Shown: positions 11,259 to 20,045 of the stretch, in pieces
Position numbering within the stretch: position 1 is the first letter of the stretch
How the letters are laid out: every line of letters begins with the position of its first letter
Assembly (NCBI GenBank): GCA_039934485.1
Contig: JBDTMB010000001.1
Span: 1-49,672 of the forward strand
Reading direction: 5' to 3'
Source: Vicinamibacterales bacterium
GTDB taxonomy: Bacteria > Acidobacteriota > Vicinamibacteria > Vicinamibacterales > UBA2999
DNA: 49,672 nt
Program-made: the position numbers and the translations under genes
Notes under the pieces: model-generated
The model's database searches: none
Seen by the model: the letters and a program-made list of their open reading frames with translations, nothing else
What the model was told of the DNA's origin: nothing

Positions 11259-12254
11259 GTGGCCCGGGTAGTCGTCACTGGCGGCGCTGGATACATCGGC
11301 AGCCACGCGGTGCGGGCGCTGGTCGATGCCGGTCATGCCGTGGCCGTGGTGGACGATCTGTCCGCCGGTCATGCGGCCGCCGTCCCGGCGGGCGTGCCGC
11401 TCACGCGCGCGGCGATTCACGACGTCGACACCGTGCGCCGCGTTCTGGTTGAGCATCGCGCCGACGCGGTGATGCACTTTGCGGCCTGGCTGGCGGTCGG
11501 CGAGTCGGTGGAAAAGCCGCTCGAGTATTACCAGAACAACGTCGCCGGCACGCTGGCCGTGCTCGCCGCGATGCGCGACGCGCGGGTCGGCCGCTTCGTG
11601 TTCTCCTCGACCTGCGCGGTCTACGGCGAGCCGAGCGCGGTGCCGATCGTCGAGAGCGAAGCCACGCGCCCGATCAACGCCTACGGCCAGACCAAGCTCG
11701 CGATCGAGCAGGCGCTGCCGCACCTCGAGCGCGCGCACGGCATCCGCTGGATGGCCCTGCGCTATTTCAACGCCGCGGGTGCACATCCCGACGGCACCAT
11801 CGGCGAGGACCACGCGCCCGAAATCCACGTGATTCCGCTGGCGATCCGGGCGGCCAACGGCGGCACCGGGCTCAAGGTCTTCGGGCAGGACTATCCCACG
11901 CCGGATGGCACCTGCCTGCGCGACTATATCCACGTGTGTGATTTGGCCGAGGCGCACCTGCGCGCGCTGGCGGCGCTCGAAGGCGGCCTGCCGTCGAGTG
12001 CCTACAACATCGGGACCGGCTCGCCCAATTCGGTGCGCGAGGTGATCGACACCGTGAGCCGCGTGCTGGGGCGCCCGGTGGCCTGGGAGCCGGCACCGCG
12101 CCGGCCGGGCGACCCGGCCGCGCTCTACGCGTCGAGCGAGCGGGCGCGGCGGGACCTCGGCTGGCAGCCGCGCTATTCGGACCTCGAGCAAATCGTCCGG
12201 CACGCGTGGCAGTGGCACTCGGGCCACCCGCACGGGTATGCAGGGCAAACCTAA
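11259..12254 (+). CDS. galE: UDP-glucose 4-epimerase
   Basis: VTGGAGYIGSH, YGQTKLAIE (YxxxK), DYPTPDGTCLRDYIHV. GTG start 1 nt after the ugd stop. Its stop codon lies in the loop of the palindromic element at 12243-12269. Confidence 0.9.
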   Translation: MARVVVTGGAGYIGSHAVRALVDAGHAVAVVDDLSAGHAAAVPAGVPLTRAAIHDVDTVRRVLVEHRADAVMHFAAWLAVGESVEKPLEYYQNNVAGTLAVLAAMRDARVGRFVFSSTCAVYGEPSAVPIVESEATRPINAYGQTKLAIEQALPHLERAHGIRWMALRYFNAAGAHPDGTIGEDHAPEIHVIPLAIRAANGGTGLKVFGQDYPTPDGTCLRDYIHVCDLAEAHLRALAALEGGLPSSAYNIGTGSPNSVREVIDTVSRVLGRPVAWEPAPRRPGDPAALYASSERARRDLGWQPRYSDLEQIVRHAWQWHSGHPHGYAGQT

Positions 12255-12269
12255 AGGTTTGCCCCCACC
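12243..12269. repeat. Palindromic element, family B (GGGCAAACCT-AA-AGGTTTGCCC + CCACC)
   Basis: GGGCAAACCTAAAGGTTTGCCCCCACC. Near-identical copies at 17035-17062, 18055-18081 and 37236-37262. Confidence 0.85.
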
Positions 12270-12273
12270 TTAG

Positions 12274-14079
12274 ATGAACGCATTCCTGCGTCTCTTACGC
12301 TACGCCGCCCCGCACCGCGCCGTCATCGCCGGCGCCGCCATCGCGATGATTGTGTACGGCGCCACCACCGCGGCGCTGGCGTTCCTGATCAAGCCGATCA
12401 TCGACGAAGTGCTGCCCAGGCAGACCGAGCTGGCCTTTGTCACCGGCGCGCTCCTGCTGACCTATTTCTTCAAGGGGCTCGGCTCGTATTTCTCGAGCTA
12501 CCTGATGGAAGGCCTGGGCCACCGCGTGGTGATGGAGGTCCGCAACGAGTTGTTCCGGCACCTGCTCGATCAGTCCGCGGCGTTCTTCGCCCGCCGGACG
12601 TCGGGACAACTGCTGTCGCGCATCAACAATGACGTCGGGCTGGTCCAGCGCGCCGTCTCGGAAACCATCGGCGACCTCGCGCGCGAGTCGCTCTCGCTGG
12701 TGGGCGCCGGGGCGCTGTTGTTCTACTACGATGCGAAGCTCGCGCTGGTCTGTATGACCGCGACGCCGCTCATCGTGTATCCGCTGGTGCGCCTCGGCCA
12801 GCGCGTCCGCACCGTGACGCGCTGGAGCCAGGAGGCGCTGGAGCACATGTCGCACGTCGCCGGCGAAGCCTTCACCGGCCACCGCATCGTCAAGGCCTTT
12901 GGCGCGGAAGGCAGCGAGGCGGCCAAATTCGCGCGCGCCTCGTACGAGCTGTTCCGCACCAACCTGAAGGTGACGCGGGTGCTCGCACTGCTGCCGCCGA
13001 TTATGGAGTTTCTCGGCGGCGTGGCGGTCGCCGGCGCGCTCTGGTACGGCAGCCGCGAGATTGCGATGGGCCGGCTCACGGCCGGTGAGTTCACCTCGTT
13101 CGTCGCGGCGCTGCTGTTGATGTACGGGCCGATCAAGAAACTGTCGCGCGTCAACGCCAACCTGCAGCAGGCGGTGGCCGCCTCGGAACGGATCTTCGAA
13201 CTGCTCGACACCCACACCGAGGTCACCGAGAAGCCGGGCGCGCCGCCGCTGGCGCCCTTTGCCCACGCGATTGAATTCCGCGACGTCACCTTCGGCTACG
13301 AGGACGGCTACGGCCGCAACACGCTGCGCGGCATTTCGTTCACCGTCGGCGCCGGCCAGATGGTGGCGATCGTCGGCCGGAGCGGCGCCGGCAAGACCAC
13401 GCTCGTCAACCTGCTGGCGAGGTTCTACGACGTGACCAGGGGCGCCATCCTGGTCGACGGCCTCGACATCCGCGACGTCACGCTCGCCTCGCTCCGCGCG
13501 CAAATCGGCATGGTCACGCAGGAGACCGTGCTCTTCGACGACACCATCGCCGCCAACATCGCCTACGGCAGCCCGGGCGCGTCGATGGCGGCGATCGAGT
13601 CGGCCGCCCGCGCCGCCAACGCGCACGACTTCATCGCCTCGCAGCCCAACGGCTACCAGACCACCATCGGCGAGCGCGGCCAGCGGCTCTCCGGCGGACA
13701 GCGGCAGCGCCTGGCGATCGCCCGCGCCCTGCTGAAGAATTCGCCGCTGCTGATTCTCGACGAGGCCACCTCGTCGCTCGACTCCGAATCCGAAAGGCTG
13801 GTGCAGGACGCACTGGCCACCCTGATGATGAACCGCACGTCGTTTGTCATCGCGCACCGGCTCTCCACGGTGCAGCGCGCCGACGCGATCATCGTGCTCG
13901 AGCGCGGCCGCATTGTGGAAGTCGGGAAGCACGACGAGTTGATCGCGCGGCCCAAGGGCGCTTACGCGCGGCTCCACGAATTGCAACTGCTTGAAGGCCG
14001 GCCCGACCCGGGCGAGCCGAGAACCGAAGCCGACGACGCCAAGTCCGACGGCCGACGGCTGAAAGAGACCGCCCTATGA
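12274..14079 (+). CDS. ABC exporter, fused permease/ATPase (MsbA/lipid-A-exporter-like)
   Basis: N-terminal 6-TM ABC exporter domain. NBD with GRSGAGKTT (Walker A), LSGGQRQR signature and LLILDEATSSLD (Walker B). Confidence 0.85.
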   Translation: MNAFLRLLRYAAPHRAVIAGAAIAMIVYGATTAALAFLIKPIIDEVLPRQTELAFVTGALLLTYFFKGLGSYFSSYLMEGLGHRVVMEVRNELFRHLLDQSAAFFARRTSGQLLSRINNDVGLVQRAVSETIGDLARESLSLVGAGALLFYYDAKLALVCMTATPLIVYPLVRLGQRVRTVTRWSQEALEHMSHVAGEAFTGHRIVKAFGAEGSEAAKFARASYELFRTNLKVTRVLALLPPIMEFLGGVAVAGALWYGSREIAMGRLTAGEFTSFVAALLLMYGPIKKLSRVNANLQQAVAASERIFELLDTHTEVTEKPGAPPLAPFAHAIEFRDVTFGYEDGYGRNTLRGISFTVGAGQMVAIVGRSGAGKTTLVNLLARFYDVTRGAILVDGLDIRDVTLASLRAQIGMVTQETVLFDDTIAANIAYGSPGASMAAIESAARAANAHDFIASQPNGYQTTIGERGQRLSGGQRQRLAIARALLKNSPLLILDEATSSLDSESERLVQDALATLMMNRTSFVIAHRLSTVQRADAIIVLERGRIVEVGKHDELIARPKGAYARLHELQLLEGRPDPGEPRTEADDAKSDGRRLKETAL

Positions 14080-14963
14080 TCAAGAGCATGACCGGCTTCG
14101 CGTCGCTCACCCAGGACGATGAGCGCGGCACGATCGGCGTCACCATCCGCGCGGTCAACCATCGCTTTCTCGATTTGCAGCTGCGGATGCCGCCGCCGAT
14201 GGCCGAACTGGAATCCCGCGTGCGGGCGGTCGTGCAGCGGCGGCTCGGCCGCGGCCGCGTCGAGATTTCGGTGGCGCTGCAACTGCGCCATCAGTCGGCG
14301 CCGCAGGTGGAACTGAACCAGCAGTTCGCGGAAGCGTTGAAGGCGGCGATCGACGACGCGCGGGCCCGCGGGCTGGTCGATGGCGCGTTGACGCCCGGTG
14401 ACCTGCTCCGCCTGCCGCAAGCGCTGAGCATCCGCGAGCGGCCCGAGACCACGGGCATCGGCGAAACGATGATGGCCACGCTCGATACGGCGATCGAAGG
14501 CGCCATCGACCAGTTGGAAGACATGCGCGTGCGCGAGGGCGCGCACCTGCGGACCGACCTCGACGCGCGCAAGGCGGTGCTCGCCGCGCTGATCGCGCGC
14601 ATCGCCACCGCCGCCGACATGGGGCGCCAGCAGCTCGAGGATCGGCTGCTCGAGCGGGCGCGGGAAATCGCCGGATCATTACCGATCGATCACATCGCGC
14701 TGTCCCAGGAAGTGGTCCGGGTCGCGCAGCGCTCCGACATCACTGAAGAGGTGACTCGGTTCCACGGACATCTCGCGCATTGGGCAGCGCTGTCGGACAG
14801 CCCCGAGCCGTGCGGCCGCAAGCTCGATTTCCTGTTGCAGGAAATGAACCGCGAAGTGAACACCATCGGTTCGAAGGCCGACGGCATGCAGATTTCGGAA
14901 GTGGTGATCCAGGCCAAGGCCGAGTTGGAGCGGATGCGCGAACAGGTCCAGAATGTTGAGTGA
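14076..14963 (+). CDS. YicC/YloC family stress-induced protein (putative endoribonuclease)
   Basis: MIKSMTGFA N-terminus and C-terminal EMNREVNTIGSKA (DUF1732-type) segment. ATGA overlap with the upstream gene. Confidence 0.85.
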   Translation: MIKSMTGFASLTQDDERGTIGVTIRAVNHRFLDLQLRMPPPMAELESRVRAVVQRRLGRGRVEISVALQLRHQSAPQVELNQQFAEALKAAIDDARARGLVDGALTPGDLLRLPQALSIRERPETTGIGETMMATLDTAIEGAIDQLEDMRVREGAHLRTDLDARKAVLAALIARIATAADMGRQQLEDRLLERAREIAGSLPIDHIALSQEVVRVAQRSDITEEVTRFHGHLAHWAALSDSPEPCGRKLDFLLQEMNREVNTIGSKADGMQISEVVIQAKAELERMREQVQNVE

Positions 14964-14987
14964 GCCGCCGATGACGCAGGGCCGCAG

Positions 14988-15611
14988 ATGACGCAGATGC
15001 ATCGGGGGCTCCTGTTCATCATCTCGGCGGCGTCGGGCACCGGCAAGACGACGCTGGTCGAGCGGCTGGTGCAGATCCTGCCCAATCTGCGCATGTCGCG
15101 GTCGTACACGTCACGCACCGCCCGTGCCACCGAGCGGCCCGGTGTCGATTATAATTTTGTCAGCCGCGAGATGTTTGCGCAGATGATCGAGCGCGGCGAG
15201 TTCCTGGAGTGGGCCGACGTGTTCGGCAACTATTACGGCACCTCGAGGCCCGACACCGAGGCGCTCCAGCGATCCGGCCAGGACGTGGTCCTGACCATCG
15301 ACGTGCAGGGCGCGCAGCAGGTGAAGGCCAGCGGCATCGACCACACGGCGATCTTCGTGCTGCCGCCGACCTTCGAGATTCTCGAACGCCGCCTCCGCGG
15401 CCGCAGCGCCGACAGCGAGGCCGAAATGCAGCGGCGCCTGGCGACGGCGCGGGCGGAGGTGGGGCGATACGTGGACTACGACTACGTGGTGATCAACGAT
15501 CACCTCGAGGCCACCACGGTGAGGATGCAGGAGATCATCGCCGCGGAACGCTCGCGAACCCACCGGATGAAGGCGATCGCGGAAGCCATCATCCGCACTT
15601 TCAAGGCCTGA
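14988..15611 (+). CDS. gmk: Guanylate kinase
   Basis: SAASGTGKTT P-loop, SRSYTSRTARATERPGVDYNFVS, EWADVFGNYYGT. Confidence 0.92.
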   Translation: MTQMHRGLLFIISAASGTGKTTLVERLVQILPNLRMSRSYTSRTARATERPGVDYNFVSREMFAQMIERGEFLEWADVFGNYYGTSRPDTEALQRSGQDVVLTIDVQGAQQVKASGIDHTAIFVLPPTFEILERRLRGRSADSEAEMQRRLATARAEVGRYVDYDYVVINDHLEATTVRMQEIIAAERSRTHRMKAIAEAIIRTFKA

Positions 15612-15666
15612 CGCCCGTGGCCCCCGAAGCCTGCGGGCTGTAGGCTGTAGTCGACGAGATTCATCT

Positions 15667-16881
15667 ATGGCACTAATCGCATTGGGCGTAACCGGCGGCA
15701 TCGGCGCCTACAAGGCGGTGGAGATCGCGCGCGGCCTGCAGAAGAACGGGCACGACGTGGTCGCCATCATGACCCGATCGGCGCGCCGCTTCGTCGGCCC
15801 GCTGACCTTTGAGGCGATCACCCGCCACGAGGTCATCACCGATCAATACCAGCCGGGCGCCAACGCCGACATCGAGCACATCGCGATCGCCTCGGGCATC
15901 GATCTGCTGCTGGTGGCGCCCGCCACGGCCAATACCATCGCCAAGTTTGCGAATGGCCTGGCCGACGATTTCCTGTCGGCGCTGTACACCGCCACGCGCG
16001 CGCCCGTGCTGATCGCCCCGGCGATGAACACCAACATGTTCGAGCATCCGGCAGTGGTCAAGAACATGGAGACGCTGATCGCCCGCGGCGTGCACGTGGT
16101 CGATCCCGGCGCCGGCTACCTGGCCTGCGGCTGGATTGGCAAGGGCCGCCTCGCCGAGCCGGCCGAAGTCGTGGCCGCGGCCGAACAACTGCTGCGGCCG
16201 TCCGGCTCGACCGCGCTCGCCGGCCGGCGCGTGTTAGTCACCGCGGGGCCGACCTACGAGGACCTCGATCCGGTCCGTTATGTGGGCAACCGATCGAGCG
16301 GACGCATGGGGTACGCGATCGCGGCGGAAGCGCTGCGGCGAGGCGCCACCGTCACGCTGGTCACCGGGCCGACGCATCTTACGCCACCCGCCGCCGCCGA
16401 CGTCGTGAAGGTGCGCAGCGCGGCGGAGATGCATGCCGCGGTGATGGGACGCGCCGGCGACCAGGACGTGGTGGTGATGTCCGCCGCGGTGGCCGACTAC
16501 ACGCCGGCCGACCAGGCGCCGCAAAAGCTGGCGAAGGCCGACGCGCCGCTGACGATCACCCTGAATCGCACCAGGGACATCCTTGGTGATCTCGGGAAGC
16601 TGCCGTCGCGCGCGACGGGCCGGCCCATCCTCGTGGGCTTTGCCGCCGAGACCCACGACGTCGTGGCGCACGCCAGAAGCAAGCTGCAGCGCAAGGCCGC
16701 GGACCTGGTGGTGGCCAACGACGTCTCCCGCACGGATGCGGGTTTCGAAGTCGACACCAACGCCGTGACGCTGGTCTCGGCCGACGGCGCTGAAGACGTG
16801 CCGCTGCAGAGCAAGGCGGCGGTGGCGGCGCGCATTCTCGATCGCGTCGAGAAGTTCCTGGCTGGCGTGCATGTCGCGTGA
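15667..16881 (+). CDS. coaBC: Bifunctional phosphopantothenoylcysteine decarboxylase / phosphopantothenate-cysteine ligase
   Basis: N-terminal flavoprotein domain ([21 protein letters not shown]) and C-terminal DFP domain ([25 protein letters not shown]). Confidence 0.92.
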   Translation: MALIALGVTGGIGAYKAVEIARGLQKNGHDVVAIMTRSARRFVGPLTFEAITRHEVITDQYQPGANADIEHIAIASGIDLLLVAPATANTIAKFANGLADDFLSALYTATRAPVLIAPAMNTNMFEHPAVVKNMETLIARGVHVVDPGAGYLACGWIGKGRLAEPAEVVAAAEQLLRPSGSTALAGRRVLVTAGPTYEDLDPVRYVGNRSSGRMGYAIAAEALRRGATVTLVTGPTHLTPPAAADVVKVRSAAEMHAAVMGRAGDQDVVVMSAAVADYTPADQAPQKLAKADAPLTITLNRTRDILGDLGKLPSRATGRPILVGFAAETHDVVAHARSKLQRKAADLVVANDVSRTDAGFEVDTNAVTLVSADGAEDVPLQSKAAVAARILDRVEKFLAGVHVA

Positions 16882-17647
16882 GTTGGCAGACCACCTGCGA
16901 TATTACGCAGAGATGGGTGTGCTGGGCATGAGCCGGGATCCCGCGTGGCGCAAGCGCGCGTCCGGTGGAGGCGAACCTGCAGGTGGAGGCGAACCTTTAG
17001 GTGGAGGCGAACCTTTAGGTTCGCCTATGGCTCAGGGCAAACCTAAAGGTTTGCCCCCACCTCGCGTTGCGGAGTTACCTCGCGTTGCGGAGTCACTGGA
17101 CGACATCAAGCTCGACCTCGGTCCCGCCTGCACGCGTTGCAAGCTGTGCACCCTGGGCCGCTCGCAGATCGTCTTCGGGGTCGGCCACCCGAAGGCGCGC
17201 CTGATGTTCGTCGGCGAGGCGCCTGGCGAAGAAGAAGACCGGCAGGGCCAGCCCTTCGTCGGGAAATCCGGACAGCTCCTCACCAAGATCATCGAAGCGA
17301 TCGGCCTGAGCCGTGAGCAGGTCTACATCGCCAACGTGATCAAATGCCGCCCACCGGACAACCGGAATCCCGATCCCGATGAAGTCGCGACCTGCGAGCC
17401 GTTCCTCTTCCGGCAGATCGACGTGATCCGGCCGAAGGTGATCGTGCCGCTCGGCAAGTTCGCGGCGCAGTGCCTGCTCAAGACCACCGACCCGATCACG
17501 CGCCTGCGCGGCAAGTCCTTTGACTATCGCGGCGCGACGCTGATCCCGACCTTTCACCCCGCCTACCTGCTGCGCAACCCTTCGTCGAAGCGGGAAGTGT
17601 GGGAAGACATGAAGAAGGTCCGCTCGATCCTGCAGGCCGAAGATTAG
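16871..17647 (+). CDS. Uracil-DNA glycosylase, family 4, with a repeat-encoded linker
   Basis: CTRCKLC Cys cluster, GEAPGEEED motif A, HPAYLLR motif B. Residues ~31-75 ([43 protein letters not shown]) are encoded by the repeats at 16964-17096. Confidence 0.88.
   Translation: MSRELADHLRYYAEMGVLGMSRDPAWRKRASGGGEPAGGGEPLGGGEPLGSPMAQGKPKGLPPPRVAELPRVAESLDDIKLDLGPACTRCKLCTLGRSQIVFGVGHPKARLMFVGEAPGEEEDRQGQPFVGKSGQLLTKIIEAIGLSREQVYIANVIKCRPPDNRNPDPDEVATCEPFLFRQIDVIRPKVIVPLGKFAAQCLLKTTDPITRLRGKSFDYRGATLIPTFHPAYLLRNPSSKREVWEDMKKVRSILQAED
16964..17096. repeat. Composite repeat inside the UDG gene: 3 tandem family-B half-arms, one truncated palindrome, one full family-B palindrome, and a 17-bp tandem duplication
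   Basis: GGTGGAGGCGAACCT occurs three times (16964, 16982, 17000). GGCGAACCTTTAGGTTCGCC is a palindrome. GGGCAAACCTAAAGGTTTGCCCCCACC lies at 17035-17062. TCGCGTTGCGGAGTyAC occurs twice (17062-17096). Confidence 0.85.
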
Positions 17648-17656
17648 GCCCACGCC

Positions 17657-19936
17657 GTGAGCGCGCGTCTTGTGTCCGTCGCGGTGCCGGTGCCCGCGCT
17701 CGGCCTTCTCACTTACAGCGTCCCCGCCGATCGGGCGATGCCGGTGGCGGGCGCGCGCGTGGTGGTGCCGCTCGGCAAGCGCACGCTGACCGGCGTCGTG
17801 ATTGGCCTGGCCCCGGCCGCCGACGCCGCCTTCGCCGTGCGTGATGTCCTCGACGTCCTTGATGCCGCCGCGTTTGTGCCGGCCGACGTCGTCGCGCTCA
17901 CCGAGTGGGTGTCGGAGTACTACCTGTCCGGGCCGGGCGCCACGCTTTCGTCGGCACTGCCGCCGCACGCGTTGACCGCTCGTGTCGACCGCTTCAAGAC
18001 CATCCGCGTCGCCGCCATCACCGCCACCGGGCTCGAGGCGGTCGATCGCGCCCCAGGCAAACCTGAAGGTTTGCCTCCACCATCGCCTGAGGGTTTGCCT
18101 CCACCTTCGCTCGGCGCGACGCTCGGCGCCAAGCAGCGCGAGGCGCTGCAGCTGCTGGCGGGGACGCCGGACGGGCTCGCCACGCCGGTGCTCACCGAGC
18201 GCGGCATTGCCGCGGCGACGGTCACGCGGCTGGCGGTGATGGGACTGGTCTCGATTCGCCACGACCAGGTCGATCGAGATCCGTTCAGTTCGGCCGTGAC
18301 CGCGTCCCGGCCCGATCCGGGCGAGCGCGCGCTCACCAGCGAACAGCAGGCAGCGCTCGATCACCTGATTCCCCTGGCGGCGGCGCGCAAGTTTCACGTT
18401 GCCCTCGCGCACGGCGTGACCGGCAGCGGCAAGACCGAGATCTATTTGCAGTTGGCGGATGCGGTCCGCAAGATGGGCCGCGGCGTCCTGATGCTGGTGC
18501 CCGAGATCGCGCTGACCCCGCAATTGGCGGCCCTCAGCCGCGCGAAGTTCGGCGCCGCAGTAGCCATTCAACACAGTGGGCTCTCCGACGGCGAGCGCCA
18601 CGACCAGTGGCACCGCATCCGCCGCGGCGACGTCGACGTGGTGATCGGCACCCGCTCCGCGGTGTTTGCGCCGCTCGCCACGCCGGGCCTCATCATCGTC
18701 GACGAAGAACACGACACGTCGTACAAGCAGGACGAGACGCCGCGCTATCACGGCCGCGACGTGGCGATCATGCGCGGCAAGTTTGCCGACGCGCTGGTGC
18801 TCCTCGGCTCGGCGACGCCCACCCTCGAGTCCTACGCCAACGCCCTTGCCGGGCGCTACTCCCTGGTGACCCTTGACCGCCGCGTGCTCGATCGCCCGCT
18901 GGCCAGCGTGCAGGTGGTCAACATGCGCGACGAGATTGCCGAAGAAGGCACGGAAGTGATCCTGAGCCGAGTGCTCCGGGAAGGTATCGCCGCGCGGCTG
19001 GAGAAGAAGGAGCAGTCGCTCATCCTGCTCAATCGTCGTGGTTTTGCCGCGGCGGTGTTTTGCCGCCAGTGCGGCAGCAGCATCGATTGCCCGAATTGCA
19101 GCGTCTCGCTCACGGTGCACACCCGTGGGAGTGAGTGGAGCGCCAGGTGCCACTACTGCAACTTCTATAAGCCGGTGCCGAAGACCTGCCCGAATTGCGC
19201 CGCGCCGTACATGGAACGTATCGGCTTCGGTACCGAACGCGTCGAAGCCGAGATCCGCAAGGCCTTTCCAGATGCGCGCGTGGCTCGCGTCGATCGCGAT
19301 ACCGTGCGCCGGAAGGGGAGCCTCGTCGAGACGCTCGAGCGCGTGGCGCGTCGCGAGGTGGACATCCTGATTGGCACGCAGATGATCGCCAAGGGCCACG
19401 ACTTCCCCAGCGTCACGCTGGTGGGTGTGATTTCCGCGGACGTGGGGCTGGGCCTCGCGGATTTTCGGGCGGCGGAACGCACCTTCCAGTTGCTCACGCA
19501 AGTGGCCGGCCGCGCCGGCCGCGGCGTCCTCTCGGGCCAGGCCGTCATCCAGTCCCTGGTGCCGCAGCACTACAGCATCCAGCTCGCCTGCACGCAGGAC
19601 TACCGCGCCTTCTACGACAAGGAGATCGAGTTCCGCCGGACGATGAGGTATCCGCCGCAGGTGGCGATGGTCAACGTGGTGCTGCGGGGGAAGACGTTTG
19701 GCGAGGCGATGGACGCCGCGCGCGAGCTGGCCGAAGCGACGCGCGGGAAGGGCTTTGCCTTGCTGGGCCCCGCGCCGGCGCCGATCCCGCGCCTGCGCGG
19801 CGAGTACCGCGCGCAGTTCTTTCTCAAAGGGACCAGCCGCAGGATGATGCGCGAAGCGCTGCAGGCGGCGCTGGCCAAGAAGCCGGAGGTCGCCCGCAAG
19901 GCGTCAGTGGACGTCGACCCCCTGTCCATGCTGTAG
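17657..19936 (+). CDS. priA: Primosomal protein N' (replication restart helicase PriA)
   Basis: GVTGSGKTE Walker A, IIVDEEHD, and a Cys-rich zinc region (CRQCGSSIDCPNCSVSLTVH...CHYCNF...CPNC). GTG start. Confidence 0.92.
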   Translation: MSARLVSVAVPVPALGLLTYSVPADRAMPVAGARVVVPLGKRTLTGVVIGLAPAADAAFAVRDVLDVLDAAAFVPADVVALTEWVSEYYLSGPGATLSSALPPHALTARVDRFKTIRVAAITATGLEAVDRAPGKPEGLPPPSPEGLPPPSLGATLGAKQREALQLLAGTPDGLATPVLTERGIAAATVTRLAVMGLVSIRHDQVDRDPFSSAVTASRPDPGERALTSEQQAALDHLIPLAAARKFHVALAHGVTGSGKTEIYLQLADAVRKMGRGVLMLVPEIALTPQLAALSRAKFGAAVAIQHSGLSDGERHDQWHRIRRGDVDVVIGTRSAVFAPLATPGLIIVDEEHDTSYKQDETPRYHGRDVAIMRGKFADALVLLGSATPTLESYANALAGRYSLVTLDRRVLDRPLASVQVVNMRDEIAEEGTEVILSRVLREGIAARLEKKEQSLILLNRRGFAAAVFCRQCGSSIDCPNCSVSLTVHTRGSEWSARCHYCNFYKPVPKTCPNCAAPYMERIGFGTERVEAEIRKAFPDARVARVDRDTVRRKGSLVETLERVARREVDILIGTQMIAKGHDFPSVTLVGVISADVGLGLADFRAAERTFQLLTQVAGRAGRGVLSGQAVIQSLVPQHYSIQLACTQDYRAFYDKEIEFRRTMRYPPQVAMVNVVLRGKTFGEAMDAARELAEATRGKGFALLGPAPAPIPRLRGEYRAQFFLKGTSRRMMREALQAALAKKPEVARKASVDVDPLSML
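18055..18105. repeat. Family-B palindromic element plus an extra right-arm copy, inside priA
   Basis: AGGCAAACCTGAAGGTTTGCCTCCACC (18055-18081), followed by GAGGGTTTGCCTCCACC (18089-18105). Together they encode GKPEGLPPPSPEGLPPP. Confidence 0.8.
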
Positions 19937-20045
19937 AAGTGAAAAGTTAGAAGTGAAAAGTTAGAAGTGAAAAGTTAGAAGGGAGAAGTTAAATGCTGAG
20001 AGCTAGAAGCCTTCTCACTTTTCACTTTTCACTTCCTACTTTCTC
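19934..20045. terminator. AT-rich tandem-repeat hairpin between convergent priA and the M50 protease gene (putative bidirectional terminator)
   Basis: GAAGTGAAAAGTTA occurs three times perfectly (19936-19977), then one degenerate copy (19978-19991). The inverted copy CTTCTCACTTTTCACTTTTCACTTCC (~20011-20036) can pair with the array. The structure spans the whole gap between the two stop codons. Confidence 0.55.

Noticed and set aside
8711-11296. 861-aa ORF on the minus strand
   Set aside because: Only its C-terminal ~377 aa (8711-9844) show GT4 motifs. The N-terminal part is antisense to the well-supported ugd gene (and the 5' end of galE) and is R/A/H/G-rich with no motifs. It is a stop-codon-poor antisense artefact of high G+C.
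15612-15666. Expected rpoZ between gmk and coaBC
   Set aside because: The gap is only 55 nt and contains no ORF. rpoZ is simply not at this locus. This is not evidence of loss from the genome.
17093-19570. Long antisense or alternative-frame ORFs: 17093..19570, 40447..42834, 12295..13986, 2408..3904, 21545..23098, 44934..46244, 46298..47617, 36193..37149, 11232..12248
   Set aside because: Each lies opposite or out of frame to a gene with clear family motifs (priA, Mo-hydroxylase subunits, MsbA-like, sugar transferase, der, histidine kinase, NtrC-like, DUF3810-like, galE). Their translations are Arg/Ala/Gly/His-rich low-complexity sequence without motifs.
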